Below are positions 25,658-39,156 of a stretch of DNA of 64,000 nt, piece after piece. Both the position numbers and the translations under genes were made by a program. This DNA comes from Octopus sinensis (lineage: Eukaryota): assembly GCF_006345805.1 (NCBI RefSeq), contig NC_042998.1:27094001-27158000 (forward strand). Direction: 5' to 3'. The notes below the pieces were generated by a model. That model ran no database searches. It was not told the origin of the DNA and saw only the letters and a program-made list of their open reading frames with translations. Position 1 is the stretch's first letter. Each line of letters opens with the position of its first letter.

Positions 25658-26427
25658 CAAGACTCAAGAGGTTGTACTTTCAGGTAACTTTCTTTAAAAG
25701 CTGCAAAAATTAAATTAAAAGCAGTTTTGTAACCTTTCTCTTAATTTGGGGTTTACCCCAATATTTCATATAAAATAATTTTGCAAATTGCCACATCTTA
25801 CATACTAATAAGGAAAGCATCTGAAATGTTGAAATCAAGAATGGTTTGATGCAAATGCTTCTTTAATAAAACAACGACCGAAAGATAATCTAAAAATTAA
25901 ATACTAAATCAGAGATATTCATAGTTTTCTGAACTACATAGGATTAATATGCTGCGGGTGAATGATAAGTATCAATTTTTACAGGTTAAGTAATGGGGAT
26001 TAAGAAAGTGTGAGCTAAAATACATGAAATATTAACAACATGCAATCGTAATTTGATTGATATTGATTGTTATTTTAAAGCTTGACTGAATAAGATTAAC
26101 ACAGTTCAGCTAAATAAAGCAAGTATTGTATTTGGATTAATAATAATATTGGTAGGACAATATTTATTTATTGAACGTGCTTATAGGATTTTTGTTTATC
26201 TGTTTTTTCAATTTACTTTGTGTACGATTAAAATGAGAATTCAACTGAATTTCATTTCAGTATTTTAATAAAGTATATTTATGTTCTTTTTCTAGCTTCA
26301 ATTTTTGTCCTGGGGAAGGGCTGTGGTGTAATACTTGGGTACTACCTTCAAGGGGTTTAGTCCAATTCTGTCAACCCCAGTATTTACTGTAATGTTCATT
26401 TTATTGATCTCTGTTTATTTAATGCCT

Positions 26428-26847
26428 ACAGGTGCAGGCATGGCTGTGTGGTAAGAAGGCTAAGAAAAGTGATGGTGAGCTGGCAGAAACATTAGCATGC
26501 CAGGTGAAATGCTTAGCAGTATTTCGTCTGCCACTATGTTCTGAGTTCAAATTCCGCTGAGGTCGACTTTGCCTTTCATCCTTTCGGGGTTGATAAATTA
26601 AGTACCAGTTACACACTGGGATCAATGTAATCGACTTAATCCCTTTGTCTGTCCTTGTTTGTCCCCTCTATGATTAGCCCCTTGTGGGCAATAAACAAAT
26701 AAGAAGTCTAACTCCTAACCACATGGTTCCAGGTTCAGTCCCACTTTGTGGCACCTTGGGCAAGTGTCTTCTACTATAGCCCCCGAGTTGACCAAAGCCT
26801 TTTGAATGGATCTAATAGACAGAAACTAAAAGAAGCCTGTTGTATAT

Positions 26848-26884
<37 letters not shown>

Positions 26885-27085
26885 TGCATTGGTTTCTCAC
26901 CACCGCTTGACAACCAGTGTTGGTGTGGTTACATCCTTGTAACTTAGCAGTTCAGCAAAAATGACCAATAGAATAAGTGCCAGGCTTTTAAAAAAAAAAG
27001 CCCTGGGGTCAATTTCTTTAATTAAAACCCTTCAAAGTGGTACTTCAACATGGTTGCAATCAAATGACTGGAGAAATAAAGAAAT
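26428..27085 (+). mobile_element. SINE-C interrupted in its head by SINE-A
   Basis: Head stops after gtggtaagaag and resumes at 26701; (TG)n core; tail at about 27040-27085. Confidence 0.88.
26463..26699 (+). mobile_element. SINE-A nested in SINE-C
   Basis: TSD taagaaggcta / taagaagtcta (10 of 11). Confidence 0.9.
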
Positions 27086-28594
27086 AGCCCCCTATATTTT
27101 GAGTGATGTTCCTTATATCTAGATACAGGATATATTTTAATACAATTCTGATATACATAAACATACATACCTGTCCACCAAATTTCCCACACAAAGCATA
27201 AATCAACCCAAATTTATGGTGCCATGCAATGGAAACAAATCCAGAACATATAGTTGTGAAGTAAACTTCTTAATCACATGCCACTGCCTATAACTATGAA
27301 TTTTATTTATTTCAAGAAGGTAGAAAGTAATAGCTTACTTTGAAAATTCTTACAACTCATTCTAATATTTTGTTTTTCCACTATCATATTTAAACCAATT
27401 TTTCTAATTTTTTGGCAGCTAATTCTCAGGTAAAAAAAAATTCTGGAAAGTTTCATATCTGCTTCACTATCAATATTCTGAATTCTATATTATCACCGAC
27501 TTCGTATTTCCTAGCAAATGATCACCACAAACATGAGCATAAATCCTTCAAAATGGAGAAGATTTTGAAAACATCATCCCAAACTGCTATTAGAGAACAA
27601 TGAGGAAATCAAAAGCTATTCCTCAGATGTGTGGTGGTATCCAATCTTCCCAACTAACCAAAGAATGCTTCCATAGATTTTTTTCATTACTTTTACTATC
27701 AGTCACAACTCCTGATAGACGAGTCTCTTTTTTTTTTTTTTCTGGTGACAGAAGACATGATTTGAAACCAAAAAAATGCGAAAAAACAAAGCCAGACCAA
27801 ATATCACAAAACATCTGAAACAGTATGCTAACAGCCCCACAAATCTATTGCCCTGCACAGGTACTTTATCAACACTGAACTCAGTGTGATTTGAAATCAA
27901 AGTACAGAGTAATAATACTGCAAAACATCCTATCCAATGCTCTAATATTTTGCCGATATATTACCTCAGATGTAACTTTATTACCTAAAAAGTTTTTTTG
28001 AGGGGAAATAATATATTATAGGTTTAACTTATCTAATAATGTCCTTCAACAAAAGATTCTTGCCAGAAGTGCATAATGTAGGTTACTGTTGATATTACAT
28101 TTGTTTGTAAAGAATATAAATAGTTTTATTTTTCATTTCTTTGTTATTTTCATTGTTGAAATTTTAGCTGGTGAGAAAAAAAAAACTAGGACTCAAAATA
28201 TTTGAAGTACCACTAGCCTCAAGTGTTTGTCTCAAAAATGTGTGATTGTTTAAATAAAAGCCATGCACAAACTTAGAGAGAGATGGTGATGGGGTGAGGT
28301 GGTGCACAAAATGAAATGCCAAATTCTGAAGAAGTATCCTGAGGTTTCATACTCAGGTGCAGGTCTCTTACATTCCGGTTGCATTTTACTGGTGTGAAAT
28401 AATTCCATGAGTATTCAAGATAATTCTTTGAGCATTCAAGATAATTTTGAAATAGGACAGGCATAGCAAATGACTTGTTTGAGAAATCCAACATTCTAAC
28501 TAAAGTGGATCTATTAAGAGTTAAAGCTGCTGAAGATATAATGATAGAAAATGAAGTGTCACACATTTGTGTATGCAGGGGTGAATGTATGGTG

Positions 28595-28631
<37 letters not shown>

Positions 28632-29519
28632 ATACATCGTATTTGCACCTTATTTATGGAAGAAAGGAACACATAACACTAGATTTGCCAGGGGGAAAAC
28701 AGAGGGGAAAGAAGAATAACTTTATAATTAGTGAGAAAATTATTTAAGAGACTTAAAAAAACCCATAAAATGATCTGTGCTGAGTATTAAGAATATCTAA
28801 AATTATTAGATGAAAAAGCAATGCCCTAATTGGAAACCAATTAGCCTTCCAATGCAGGAACAAGTTCTTAATCCATAAGTCATGTTAAATTGGATAGCAT
28901 CAGATCACACTGTCCTACTTCCCAAGTTGAGCACTTGAATAAGTAAAGAAGAAAATCTGTTTCAGTTTTGACATTAAAAAAAAAAAATCACAAAGTAAAC
29001 ACAAAGTAAAATGGAATGTATGATAGGAGCAAGATAGACAGTTGTTTAGTCTATTTGGTACACAAGATTAATTATGAAGAGATAAATGGTATCAGAGATC
29101 AAGTGAGAACCCACCATCAAAATTTGTCAGCACTTCTGATATGATGTTTCATGATTAGATCATATTTTCTTTAAGTGGATGTGTTTGACACAGTATGGAA
29201 TAGTAGGAGAAATTATGGATAAATATGGATGAGATTTGAAGTGCATACAATCAAGAAAAATATACAAGCCTTTAGATCTAAATGACAAAACAAGAAGTAG
29301 TATGTATGGGGTTGAATTTTAGCAGAAAGTGAAGTACTAACTAGAAGAATACTACTTGATTAAAGTACAGGATGGGTTTCCTCATAAAATAAGTATGAAA
29401 AGGATCATTAGTATGTCTGTGAATAATAGGAAAGTAGCAAGAAAGCTACTCCTTTTCTGGATTTAAATAATGGTATTATATCATAAGCTAAGATACTGGA
29501 CAGTTTCTATAGTGTCAGT

Positions 29520-29835
29520 ATCATCATCATCGTTTAACGTCCGCTTTCTATGATAGCATGGGCTGGACGATTTGACTGAGGACTGGCGAACCAGATGGCT
29601 GCACCAGGCTCCAATCTGATCTGGCAGAGTTTCTACAACTGGATGCCCTTCCTAACGTCAACCACTCCAAGAGTGTAGTGGATGCTTTTACGTACCACTG
29701 GCATGAGGGCCAGTCAGGCGGTACTGGCAACAGCCATGCTCAAGTGGTGATTTTTAACGTGCCACCTGCACAGGAGCCAGTCCAGTGGCACTGGCAACGA
29801 CCTCACTCGAATGTTTTTCACATGCCACTGGCACA
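29520..29835 (-). mobile_element. D-family retroposon 3' end
   Basis: (ATC)n tail, D consensus end, about 2.5 internal ~65-bp repeats. Confidence 0.9.
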
Positions 29836-31175
29836 ATATGTGATACAAATTATCCATGGAAGAAGAAAAGTAATGTTACTCTTGTGACTTATTGGTCAAC
29901 TCTCAATCAATCTTATTTTTCTGACACTGCTTTTCTCTCTCTCCCTCTCTCAGCTGTAATTTGCAATAGGTTCACTTTTATAATAATCTTTGTGTAATCA
30001 ACTGAGAGAGTGCAACCATTATCATATCCATGTTCTAGACCAATATTTCTCAACCTTTGTACATTTGCAGTCTTCTTGAAATACAGTCCAAGTTGCAGGA
30101 ATGACCAACATAAGAATTGTTAGGAGTCTTTTATGAGTCCTTTTCTTTCTCTTTCATGATGCTCAATTACATAAAAAGTTAAATTAACAGAAAAAAAAAC
30201 CGTTTTTGAAAGTTTTGACAGTCCTCAATCCCTTAGCAGCTAGAAAAAAATATCAAAGACTTGGTTTAGACCATATTCCCTCACAACTCTCTACTGATGT
30301 CATTTTGCTTATATGGGGGCTCCTTGCTACCTAAAAATACCTGGGTTTTGAGTATCTTGAGCATGTATAATATAATTATGAATGTAAAATTAAACACAAA
30401 ATACCCTAAAAAGGTGCATTTACATATAATTAGCTTATTTTTCACACAAAACTTATAGAGAAATAATGCTCCAAACACTGCCCAAGGAAAATTTGTCTGC
30501 TTGATAAATAAGCTTCTATCTTCAACCCCTTGCTATAATCTTCACATTGTGCTGTATTTTCTTCATTTTTTTCTCTTGCTACAGTAATCATTTTTTGGCA
30601 TCTCTGAAATTCTTAACTATCCATTTTCAGTGCACTCACCCCCTTTTCCTGCTGTTCTATGTGTAACACAAAACACTATGCACTTTTTGTAATTTTTCTT
30701 CTAGAACTTGATTCTTTTGAAATTTCTCCTTTGTGTAGATGTTCTAATTACTAATATGCAATAATTCAAATGAAAGATTAACTACTCAAGTTAGCCGCAC
30801 ATATTGAAGATTTAGATTTAAATATTCACTTAAGATATATGTTAAAGAGGTACATTTATAATTACTTTTGAAGAATTTCATTTTAAAAATAAATTGTTCA
30901 GTATTTAATATTTTTCAGGAAAAACTAACTGTGAAGTAAAAAGAGAATTCTTTTACAAATCAATCATTCATGCTATTTAGGATTTTTATCAAAAAGAAAA
31001 GGAATTCACATTAACAATATTGGATGCGCTTAAAGGGATATCAAATGTTTTGCATTTTAGACAATAGATATTTAATGTTAAATTAATTGCCTTCATTTCA
31101 TGTTGCAAGCATGTAACATGTAACACATATGATCGAAAATTCTTGACTGAAATTTCAACTGGCAACAAAAAATCT

Positions 31176-31207
<32 letters not shown>

Positions 31208-31689
31208 AATTATATTACAAATAACATTTTTAAAATAAAATATATATATATATAATTTTATTTGAAATAACATTTTAAAAATAAAATGCAGAACAGCAAA
31301 TAGAAAAGGAAAACTTTAGAAGCAGATTAAATTAATGATGGATATGTGTGCAAGTGATAGTTTTGCAAAAGAATAATGTCTTAGAACATTGGAACACCAC
31401 AGAAGACATCATCTTACTATGATTCAAATAAGCTTACACTGGAATAGTTTATTATTGCTTCCTCCAAGACAATAAATAATAAGAGTATTTCAGTTCAGTA
31501 GTACGAGGTGGCAAAACATTCTTTAACTAGTACCTTCATTGCTTGCAACTGTTGTCTACAGTTCTTCAGCTATGAAACGAGCAAGGTGTTAAAGACATCT
31601 ATCATTTTCAGGTACAGTTTCATATCTGGATATAAACTACTCAGCCTTTGTCTTTCCAACACAAATAAAACTGAATCAAAATTTGGATA

Positions 31690-32085
31690 AGGCCAGTAAT
31701 TTTGGAGTGGGGGAGAGTTGATTACATCGACCCCAGTACTCTAATGGTACTTATTTGAATGAGGTGGTGAGCTGGCAGAAACGTTAGCACGCCGGGCAAA
31801 ATGCTGAACGGTATTTCGTCTCCGGCTACGTTCTGAGTTCAAATTGCGCCAAGGTCGACTTTGCCTTTCATCCTTTCGAGGTCGATTAAATAAGTACCAG
31901 TTACACACTGGGGTCGATATAATCGACTTAATCCGTTTGTCTGTCCTTGTTTGTCCTCCCTGTGTTTAGCCCCTTGTGGGTAGTAAAGAAACAAGTATTT
32001 ATTTGAACTGAGAATGTAAAGACAAGAAATTCTGCTTAGGATTTTGCTCGACATTCTAATGATTCTGCCAGCTTGCCTGTTCATC
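31690..32085 (-). mobile_element. SINE-B (internally deleted) hosting a SINE-A
   Basis: B tail and centre at 31690-31759; B head resumes at 31995-32085. Confidence 0.7.
31760..31994 (+). mobile_element. SINE-A
   Basis: TSD gtacttatttgaa / gtatttatttgaa (12 of 13). Confidence 0.92.
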
Positions 32086-32119
32086 TATATTAATAAAAGC
32101 AAAATTCTGTCTGCCTCCC

Positions 32120-32460
32120 TGGGACTCCTGTTGATTTGTTCAATTAAAACCCTTCAAGGCAGTGCTCCAGCATGGTCACAGTAAAATGACTAAAAGAAGT
32201 AAAAGAATAAAAGAATGTATGTGTGTGTGTGTGTGTGCATCTCTCTCTCTCTCTCTCTTTGTGCCTGTGTTTATTTCACACCACCAACTGACAACCAGTG
32301 TTGGTTTGTTTACGTCCTAGTAACTTAGCAGCTTGGTAAAAGGGAATAAGTACCAGGTTTAAAAAAAAAGATAAAAGTACTGCAGTCGATTCATTCAATT
32401 AAAAATTGAAGGAGGTGCCCCAGCATGGCCACATTCTAATGACTGAAATGAATACAAGAC
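32120..32460 (+). mobile_element. Two tandem SINE-C 3' halves
   Basis: Two ccagcatggYcac...atgact tails separated by a (TG)(CT) tract. Confidence 0.65.
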
Positions 32461-32664
32461 AAAAAATATCTAACAGATATGAAGGTCTCAAAATTGAGTG
32501 GAGGCAACACTCAACTGCATCAACCTTGGCTTTTGACATTTTACTGATAAAAAGTTAAACCTTGGTGAGATTTGAACACTGAATCTATAGAACCAAATCA
32601 AATACCACAGGGCATATTTACCAGTGACTCCACCGATCTACTGCTCTAATATGTCTAATATTTA

Positions 32665-33240
32665 GTGAGGGTGTATGGCTTAGTGGTTAGGGTATTCAGT
32701 TCAAGATTGTAAGGTTGTGAGTTCAATTCCTGATAATGCATTGTGTCCTTGAGCAAGACTCTTCATTTCATATTGTTCCAGTTCACTCAGCTGGTAAAAA
32801 TGAGTTGTTCCTATGTTTCAGAGGGACCCGGCCTTGTCACATTCTATGTCACACAGAACCTCCTTGAGAACTTTGTTAAGGGTATGCATGTCTGTTAAGG
32901 CGGCGAGCTGGCAGAAACATTAGCATACCAGGCAAAATGCTTAGCAGTATTTCGTCTGCCGTTACATTCTGAGTTCAAATTTTGCCGAGGTCGATTTAGC
33001 CTTTCATCCTTTCAGGGTCGATTAAATAAGTACCAGTTATGCACTGGGATCGATATAATCAATATAATCCGTTTGTCTGTCCTTGTTTGTCCTCTCTGTG
33101 TTTAGACTCTTGTGGGCAATAAAGAAATAGGTATACATATCTGTGGAGTACTCAGCCACTTGCATGTTAGTTTCATGAGCAGGCTATTCCATTAATTGGA
33201 TCTACTGGACCCCTCTTCATCATAACAAATGGAATGCCAG
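32665..33240 (+). mobile_element. SINE-G hosting a SINE-A
   Basis: ggcttagtggttaggg A box, gagttcaattcc B box, gtccttgagcaagac CORE-like segment; host resumes after the TSD. Confidence 0.8.
32896..33129 (+). mobile_element. SINE-A
   Basis: 15-bp TSD ggtatgcatgtctgt / ggtatacatatctgt (13 of 15). Confidence 0.92.
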
Positions 33241-33836
33241 TATTGTTTAGGTTTTTAATATTATTAAAACAAAAGCATTCAGTAACTATAAAAAAAAAAC
33301 ATTACCTCTAAATGTTTTAACGATTTTGTTGAGTAAAGTATTCCTAGAACATACAATTACTGGAAGTAAATGAAACGGAACTTCAACCCACCTTGTTTAT
33401 CTTATGGAAGGTATAAAAAAAAGATAAAGAAATAATTTTAAAATGAGTCGAGTCAATCAAAAAATATCAAAAAATACTAGGTGCAAGCATGGTACCCTAA
33501 GCAAGAGTATTAAACTATATAACCCCAGGCTAACCAAAGCCTTGTGAGTGGACTTGGTACATAGAATCTGAAAAAAGCCTGTTATGTGCATGCATGTTTA
33601 CATATCTTCTGGATATCCTGAGCTACAAGCAATGATGCTATTGTCATTTTTTCCTATCAACATATTGTCTGCTGGCTTTGTGCCTTTGAAATCTTTTACT
33701 TGAAAAACAAGTAAGAGTTAGCAACAAGAAGGGGATCAGGTTGTTAAATGATGCTTCAATGATACATCCCTCTATGCTTAAATGGAAAAATAAAAAACAG
33801 GTATAAAAACGATTTATAAAACAAATGATGATGATT

Positions 33837-34210
33837 ATCATCATCGTTTAACGTCCGCTTTCCATGCTAGCATGGGTTGGACGATTTTGACTGAGGGCTG
33901 GCAAACCAGATGGCTGCACCAGGCTCCAATCTTGATCTGGCAGAGTTTCTACAGCTGGATGCACTTCCTAATGCCAACCACTCCGAGAGTATAGTGGGTG
34001 CTTTTACGTGCCACCGGCACGGGAGCCAGTCAGAAGATACTGGCAACAACCTCACTCGAATCTTTTTACACATGCCACCAGCACAGGTGCCAGTAAGGCA
34101 ACGCTGGTAACAATCACGCTCGAATGGTGACTTTTACGTGCCACCGGCACAGAAGCCAGTTAGCCGCTCTGGCAACGATCACACTTGGATAGTGCTCTTG
34201 GCACCCTACT
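33837..34210 (-). mobile_element. D-family retroposon 3' end
   Basis: (ATC)n tail; three tandem ~63-68 bp units each starting (g)tgccaccggcac. Confidence 0.9.
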
Positions 34211-34299
34211 AGCTATTTCAAGTCAATTTATTTTTTAGTTTGCAAGTTAACAAAAGTTGTTCATTTATTCAATGTCTGTTCTTGCATGCTAGCATGGGT

Positions 34300-34397
34300 A
34301 ATAAGTAGAAGACACTTTCCCAAGGTGCCACTCAGTGGGACTGAACCCAGATCCATGTGGTTGGTAAGCAAGCTACTTACCACACAGCCACTCCTGC
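34300..34397 (-). mobile_element. SINE-C head fragment
   Basis: gacactttcccaaggtgcca...ctgaaccc...agctacttaccacacagccactcctgc. Confidence 0.8.
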
Positions 34398-36017
34398 AAA
34401 AAAATTTTAATATTTTATGTTGAAGATAACCTATTTATTGTACATAAATTTTAACCACAAAATCTTAAATGGACCACTAAATTCTGGTTGAGAACCACTG
34501 ATAGAAATACAAAAGATAAATTGCAAGAAAACCATGAGCTAAAACTAAACTGAAGTTTTAGACATGAACTAGAAAAAAAAATTACCAAGCCTAAAATGAT
34601 GGATAGTTTAAGAAACGGGATGATCACAGGATACCCTTTTGGGTAGAGAAGAGAAAGGTTAATAGACAAAGACAAAGAGTGAAAGAGAAGGATGGGCCAT
34701 ACAGAGAGAAGAAAGAATGGGAATGGACAAAAGAACAAAAAAGGAGTAGTTAGAAAGCTAGATAAACAGATCTGATGAAAGTTGTGTGAAAAGAAAAAGA
34801 GGAAAGTAGACAGTTATTAAGTGACATGATAAATGAAGTAAGAAACAGAAAGATAAGCAAAAAGAACAAAGAGAGGGCAGATAGGGAGAGAAGATAATAG
34901 AAAGATATGAAATAAAGAAAAAAGGGCAGAGATGATTAAGAGGTAGGGAAGAAAGAAAGACAGTTTTCTTTCTTTTTCTTTCTTTGCCCCCTATCCTTTT
35001 TTTCCTCCTGGTTTTGAATTTTTATTTTTATGTGGTTTTGTTTTATATATCATATACATGCTGGTTATATTCCAATAAAAGTTTATTTCTATAAAAAAAA
35101 ACAAAGGAGTGAGAGAGAAATAGAGAAATTGTCACACAAAATGGAAACCACTAAGAGTGGGGGTCAGTGAAAAAGTGCAAAGTGTTTGTGGCTTTGGGGG
35201 TTTCTTTCAGCTTTTTGCCAACCAGCTTCTCACCAGAGCTATAAACACTTGCTCAAGGTGCCATACAGTGGGATTGAACTTGTAACCACAAAATTTGAAA
35301 AGTAAACGTCTTAAGTACACAAGCATGCTTATACCTAATAAATGAAAAAAAGTGGATGTATTAATTTCTTTTGACTAGGTTAAAGGTCAATTTTATAACA
35401 GAAGAATATATAATCAATTTAAACTAGCATCTTTCTTAAACTTTATAAAACCCAAGAGAATAAGGAAATAAAAAAAACATCAGTCATTGTAATTTAAGTA
35501 AACATAATTTGATACTACAAAACATCTAGTTCAGATTTCTACTTTGAGCTGCTAATACCACCACCTTACATGTAGAATGACTAATTTTTTTCTAATAGAT
35601 ATTTTTCAATTTGTGTATTTATTTTATTTTCAGAGGTGATGGGAGTACACATGATTCCCTTCACTTTATGAATTTAAAAGAAAGAATGAAAGAAAGAAAA
35701 AAAAAGGGTTTATTCTAAACCATGCCAAAATGTGGATGGTTGTGTTAATTGGTTAATAGGCTATCAGTTTAAGGGTCAGAAGTTCTAATCCTGTCACTAG
35801 CATAATTTTTGCAGGTGCAAAATATATTCAAAGAAAATAATACTACTTTAATTAAAGCTACAAGTAAAATTATTAACCTTAACAAGGAATATTTTGTAAA
35901 AATATTTTATTTTTAAATGAATTTGATTTTAACAAATTGGCAACAATATCAGTATGTAACAATGTTCTCTGACTTAACAAAACAAACATTTATGTAAGAC
36001 TCCTGGACTTATCCCAA

Positions 36018-36067
<50 letters not shown>

Positions 36068-36559
36068 CAGGTTGCCTATAATTTTTTATCATATTTTTTA
36101 AACTTGTGTAAATTTTTTCTTTATCAAAAAATAATTTTGGCTTTACAAAGCAAGTAGATATCTATATTGATCTTGTGTTATTTTTTGAATAAAAAGAAAG
36201 TTTGGAAAAGTCATTTATTTTCTTAGCGTGAAAAAAAAAAAGGGATTAAATTCTAATTAACATGAAATTCCTAATGAGCTCATTTGATTGCAGCTATGAT
36301 GCTATTTATGAGACTAGCTAATAACCAGTTCAAATTATCAATCATTCTGTATAACAGGTAGAAAATTAGTGGCTTGCAACCACATAAAATTCTAATGATC
36401 CAATTCTTTTGTCACTCAGTTTCTTTGAGATCAAATCAGAATAGATATAACTTTAGTTCCCTAAATTAGAATTACTACATAAATGTTAACACGTTTTTTC
36501 TTTTCTTTTTCTAGATATACAGAATAAAAGCTGAATACTGTTATAGCCAAAAAAATTAC

Positions 36560-36613
36560 CTTTTAAACTGGTTTTGAAAAGCATTAATATAGACAGTAAA
36601 AAAAATGTTGAAA
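36560..36613 (-). other. Candidate exon (54 nt)
   Basis: cttttcacattccttacag| ... aag|gtaatt. Confidence 0.3.
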
Positions 36614-38046
36614 CTGTAAGGAATGTGAAAAGTGAATTATATTGGGTATATATACTCAGTAATTTGGGTCAAACTAAACACTTCTACAGAATGATTAATT
36701 TAAGTCAGGCTGCTGAAATGCAATTTCCTTTTCATTTATTTATTTTTGTCCTTGTATTTCTTTTTATTAATTTTTCTTTCTGTTTTTGTTTTGTTTTTAC
36801 CCTCTCATAAATCTAAGATATTGTATGACTACTTAGGGGGGATTAAAAATAACACATTCAATGCTTCACCTGAAAAACATAAATGTTTGATTAAAATAAA
36901 AATGGAAAATATGCTCCCCATAGCTGATAGTAGTGGTAAACTGATATTCAGTGATTAATGGTTAGCTAGAAAGATATTTTGAATAATAAAAAAAAAATAA
37001 AATGCTCTTCTATATTTCTTCTTTCAGGGAAATAGATTAACAAAACTTCAGAAAATAATGACAAACATGACCTTTGAGTCTCCACAGCTGTTTTAATTGT
37101 CCTAATAAAAAAAAATATTTAGTCAACAACACTGATCACTAAACACCAATTAACTATTTTTTGTTGGTTTCCAGCTTAGTACAGTTGAGAGAAAGAGAAT
37201 GAGACAGATGTGAGTAGTAAGAGGGAGGTGTAAGTGGGAAAGAGACAGGGAGAGTGAAAGAGATGACTTGCAGAAAGTAGGAGGGGGAGAAAGTATTCCT
37301 GCATGTATGAGTGGCACTTATTAAGAGCATTCCTATATAAAAGCCAGGAAGTCTACAAACTGTTAACAATATGCTATCAGTGTTTAGCAGCCCCTCCTTT
37401 CTCCTTGCTGGTGTTCTCTATTTAATTTTAGAATTCTTAATTTAGTGAGTGAATCAGAAATATCTGACTTTAAGCCATTTTCATAACATAATAACACAAA
37501 CAACATTTTGCTTCAGCTTTTTTATTATTATTACTATTATTATTATTGTTACGTGTTATAAAAGAAATAGAATTGTAGTGTTAATAACATTAAATAATTT
37601 CAGACCATTTAAATATCAAGTAAAACATGTATTTTTAAAAGTTAATAGAAACAAAAAAAAAAAAAGAATTTTTCAAACAATTCTTTTACATCATTATGTC
37701 AGAAAAATAAATTTTCTTTTACCATTTTTCATTTAGTTTATAGCTGGCTTTTAATTCATTGATCTCTGAAGGATGAAAAACAAAGTCAAACCTAACCGGA
37801 TTTAATTCAAAGCCATGAGTCATAAGAACTGGATACCACAAAATAACAAACAGGAAACTGTCTCCTATGCTGTCAGCATATCATTGTACTGCCAGCATAT
37901 CATTGGGGTATGCTTAACAAAGTTTATTGTAAAGGAAGCAAATCAGTACAAATATTAAACACTTCAGAATGTATCTATTTTAGCTAAATCACACACCTAC
38001 TTCAAATAATTGAAAGATTACTAAAGAATATATAATTGTGAAAACT

Positions 38047-38703
38047 GCTTCAAATTTTGTCACATGGTCAGTAATTTTAGGGGAAGCAGGGTAAGTTGAT
38101 TACAATGACCCTTGTTATTTGACTGGTATTTTTATAGCATCAACACTTGAAAGGATGGAAAGTAAAGGTGATTTCAACAGGATTTTGTATTCAAAATATA
38201 AAGAGACAGAATCACTGCTAAGCATTTTATTCAAAATGCTAACAATTCTGCCAGCTCACCACTTCAATAATAATAATAACAATAATAATAATGATAACAG
38301 TCATTGGAGCACTGAAATTTTGGGGGAGGAGGCCAGTCAATTAGATTGATCCCAGTACACAACTAGTACCTAATTTATCGACCCCAAAAGGATGAAAGGC
38401 AAAGACAACCTCAGCGGAATTTGAACTCAGAAGGTCTGCCAGCTCACCGCCTTCATAATAATAATAGTTTCAAATTTCAGCATAAGGTCAGTAATTGTAG
38501 TGGGAGTGGAGAGGGTTAATTAATTACACTGTCTCTGTTTGAAGACTTGACTGGTACTTTATTTTAACAATCTCAAAAAGATGAAAGACAAAAGATCGCT
38601 TTAGTAGAATTTGAACTCATAGCGTGAAGAGTCAGAAGAAATGCCACCACACATTTTGTCCCACATTTTAATGATTTTGTCAGCTTGCCATCTTAATAAT
38701 AAT
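38047..38703 (-). mobile_element. Three tandem SINE-B copies separated by (AAT)n
   Basis: Units about 38047-38265, 38300-38454 and 38467-38694, each ending ...gccagctcaccRccttc or similar and followed by aataat repeats; divergence differs between units. Confidence 0.8.
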
Positions 38704-39156
38704 TTTTTTTTTTTGTCCTTTCTTCTCACAAGGAGTCCATATTGTGATTTCTCTTCAACATAACTATAGAAAATTTGATATACTTTCAAAATTTCAATGC
38801 TTCAAAAATATACCAATTGACATTCAAATCATGAAAAATTAATATTTTAAAAGTGTTTCAGAACAGATATTATATTTCACTCTGAATATTCAGTGACCAG
38901 AATAAATCAATATGAATAATTTGACAATTTAGAAACTTATACTTTGTTTTTCCACCCTACTCTAAACCAAGGAAGGCTATGAAATTAATAACATCTTTCC
39001 ATAAATTTCACTTTAATAATGGCAACAATAATGATTGTTACATTAGTGCTAAGCCGGATTTTGGAGAGAAGGGAGAAGTGGGGAGGGTAGTGGATATAAA
39101 TCAACTCTAGTACGCTAATGCTATTTGTCATTGATCATGGAATGATACAAGGAATA

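Noticed and set aside
25415-25687. Recurring peptide ITSIPVRNWYLIYRPRKDERxSxPRRNLNSE (also 8492, 21254, 26419, 42844)
   Set aside because: A reading frame through SINE-A/B copies, not a gene family; disrupted in most copies.
27400-27900. Scattered transposase-like peptide fragments (also 18240-18780)
   Set aside because: Only vague similarity to piggyBac-type motifs with many stops; cannot be supported without a search.
37334-37343. TATATAAAAG TATA-box match
   Set aside because: The nearest initiator-like TCAGT is about 45 bp away, and the motif is expected by chance in AT-rich DNA.
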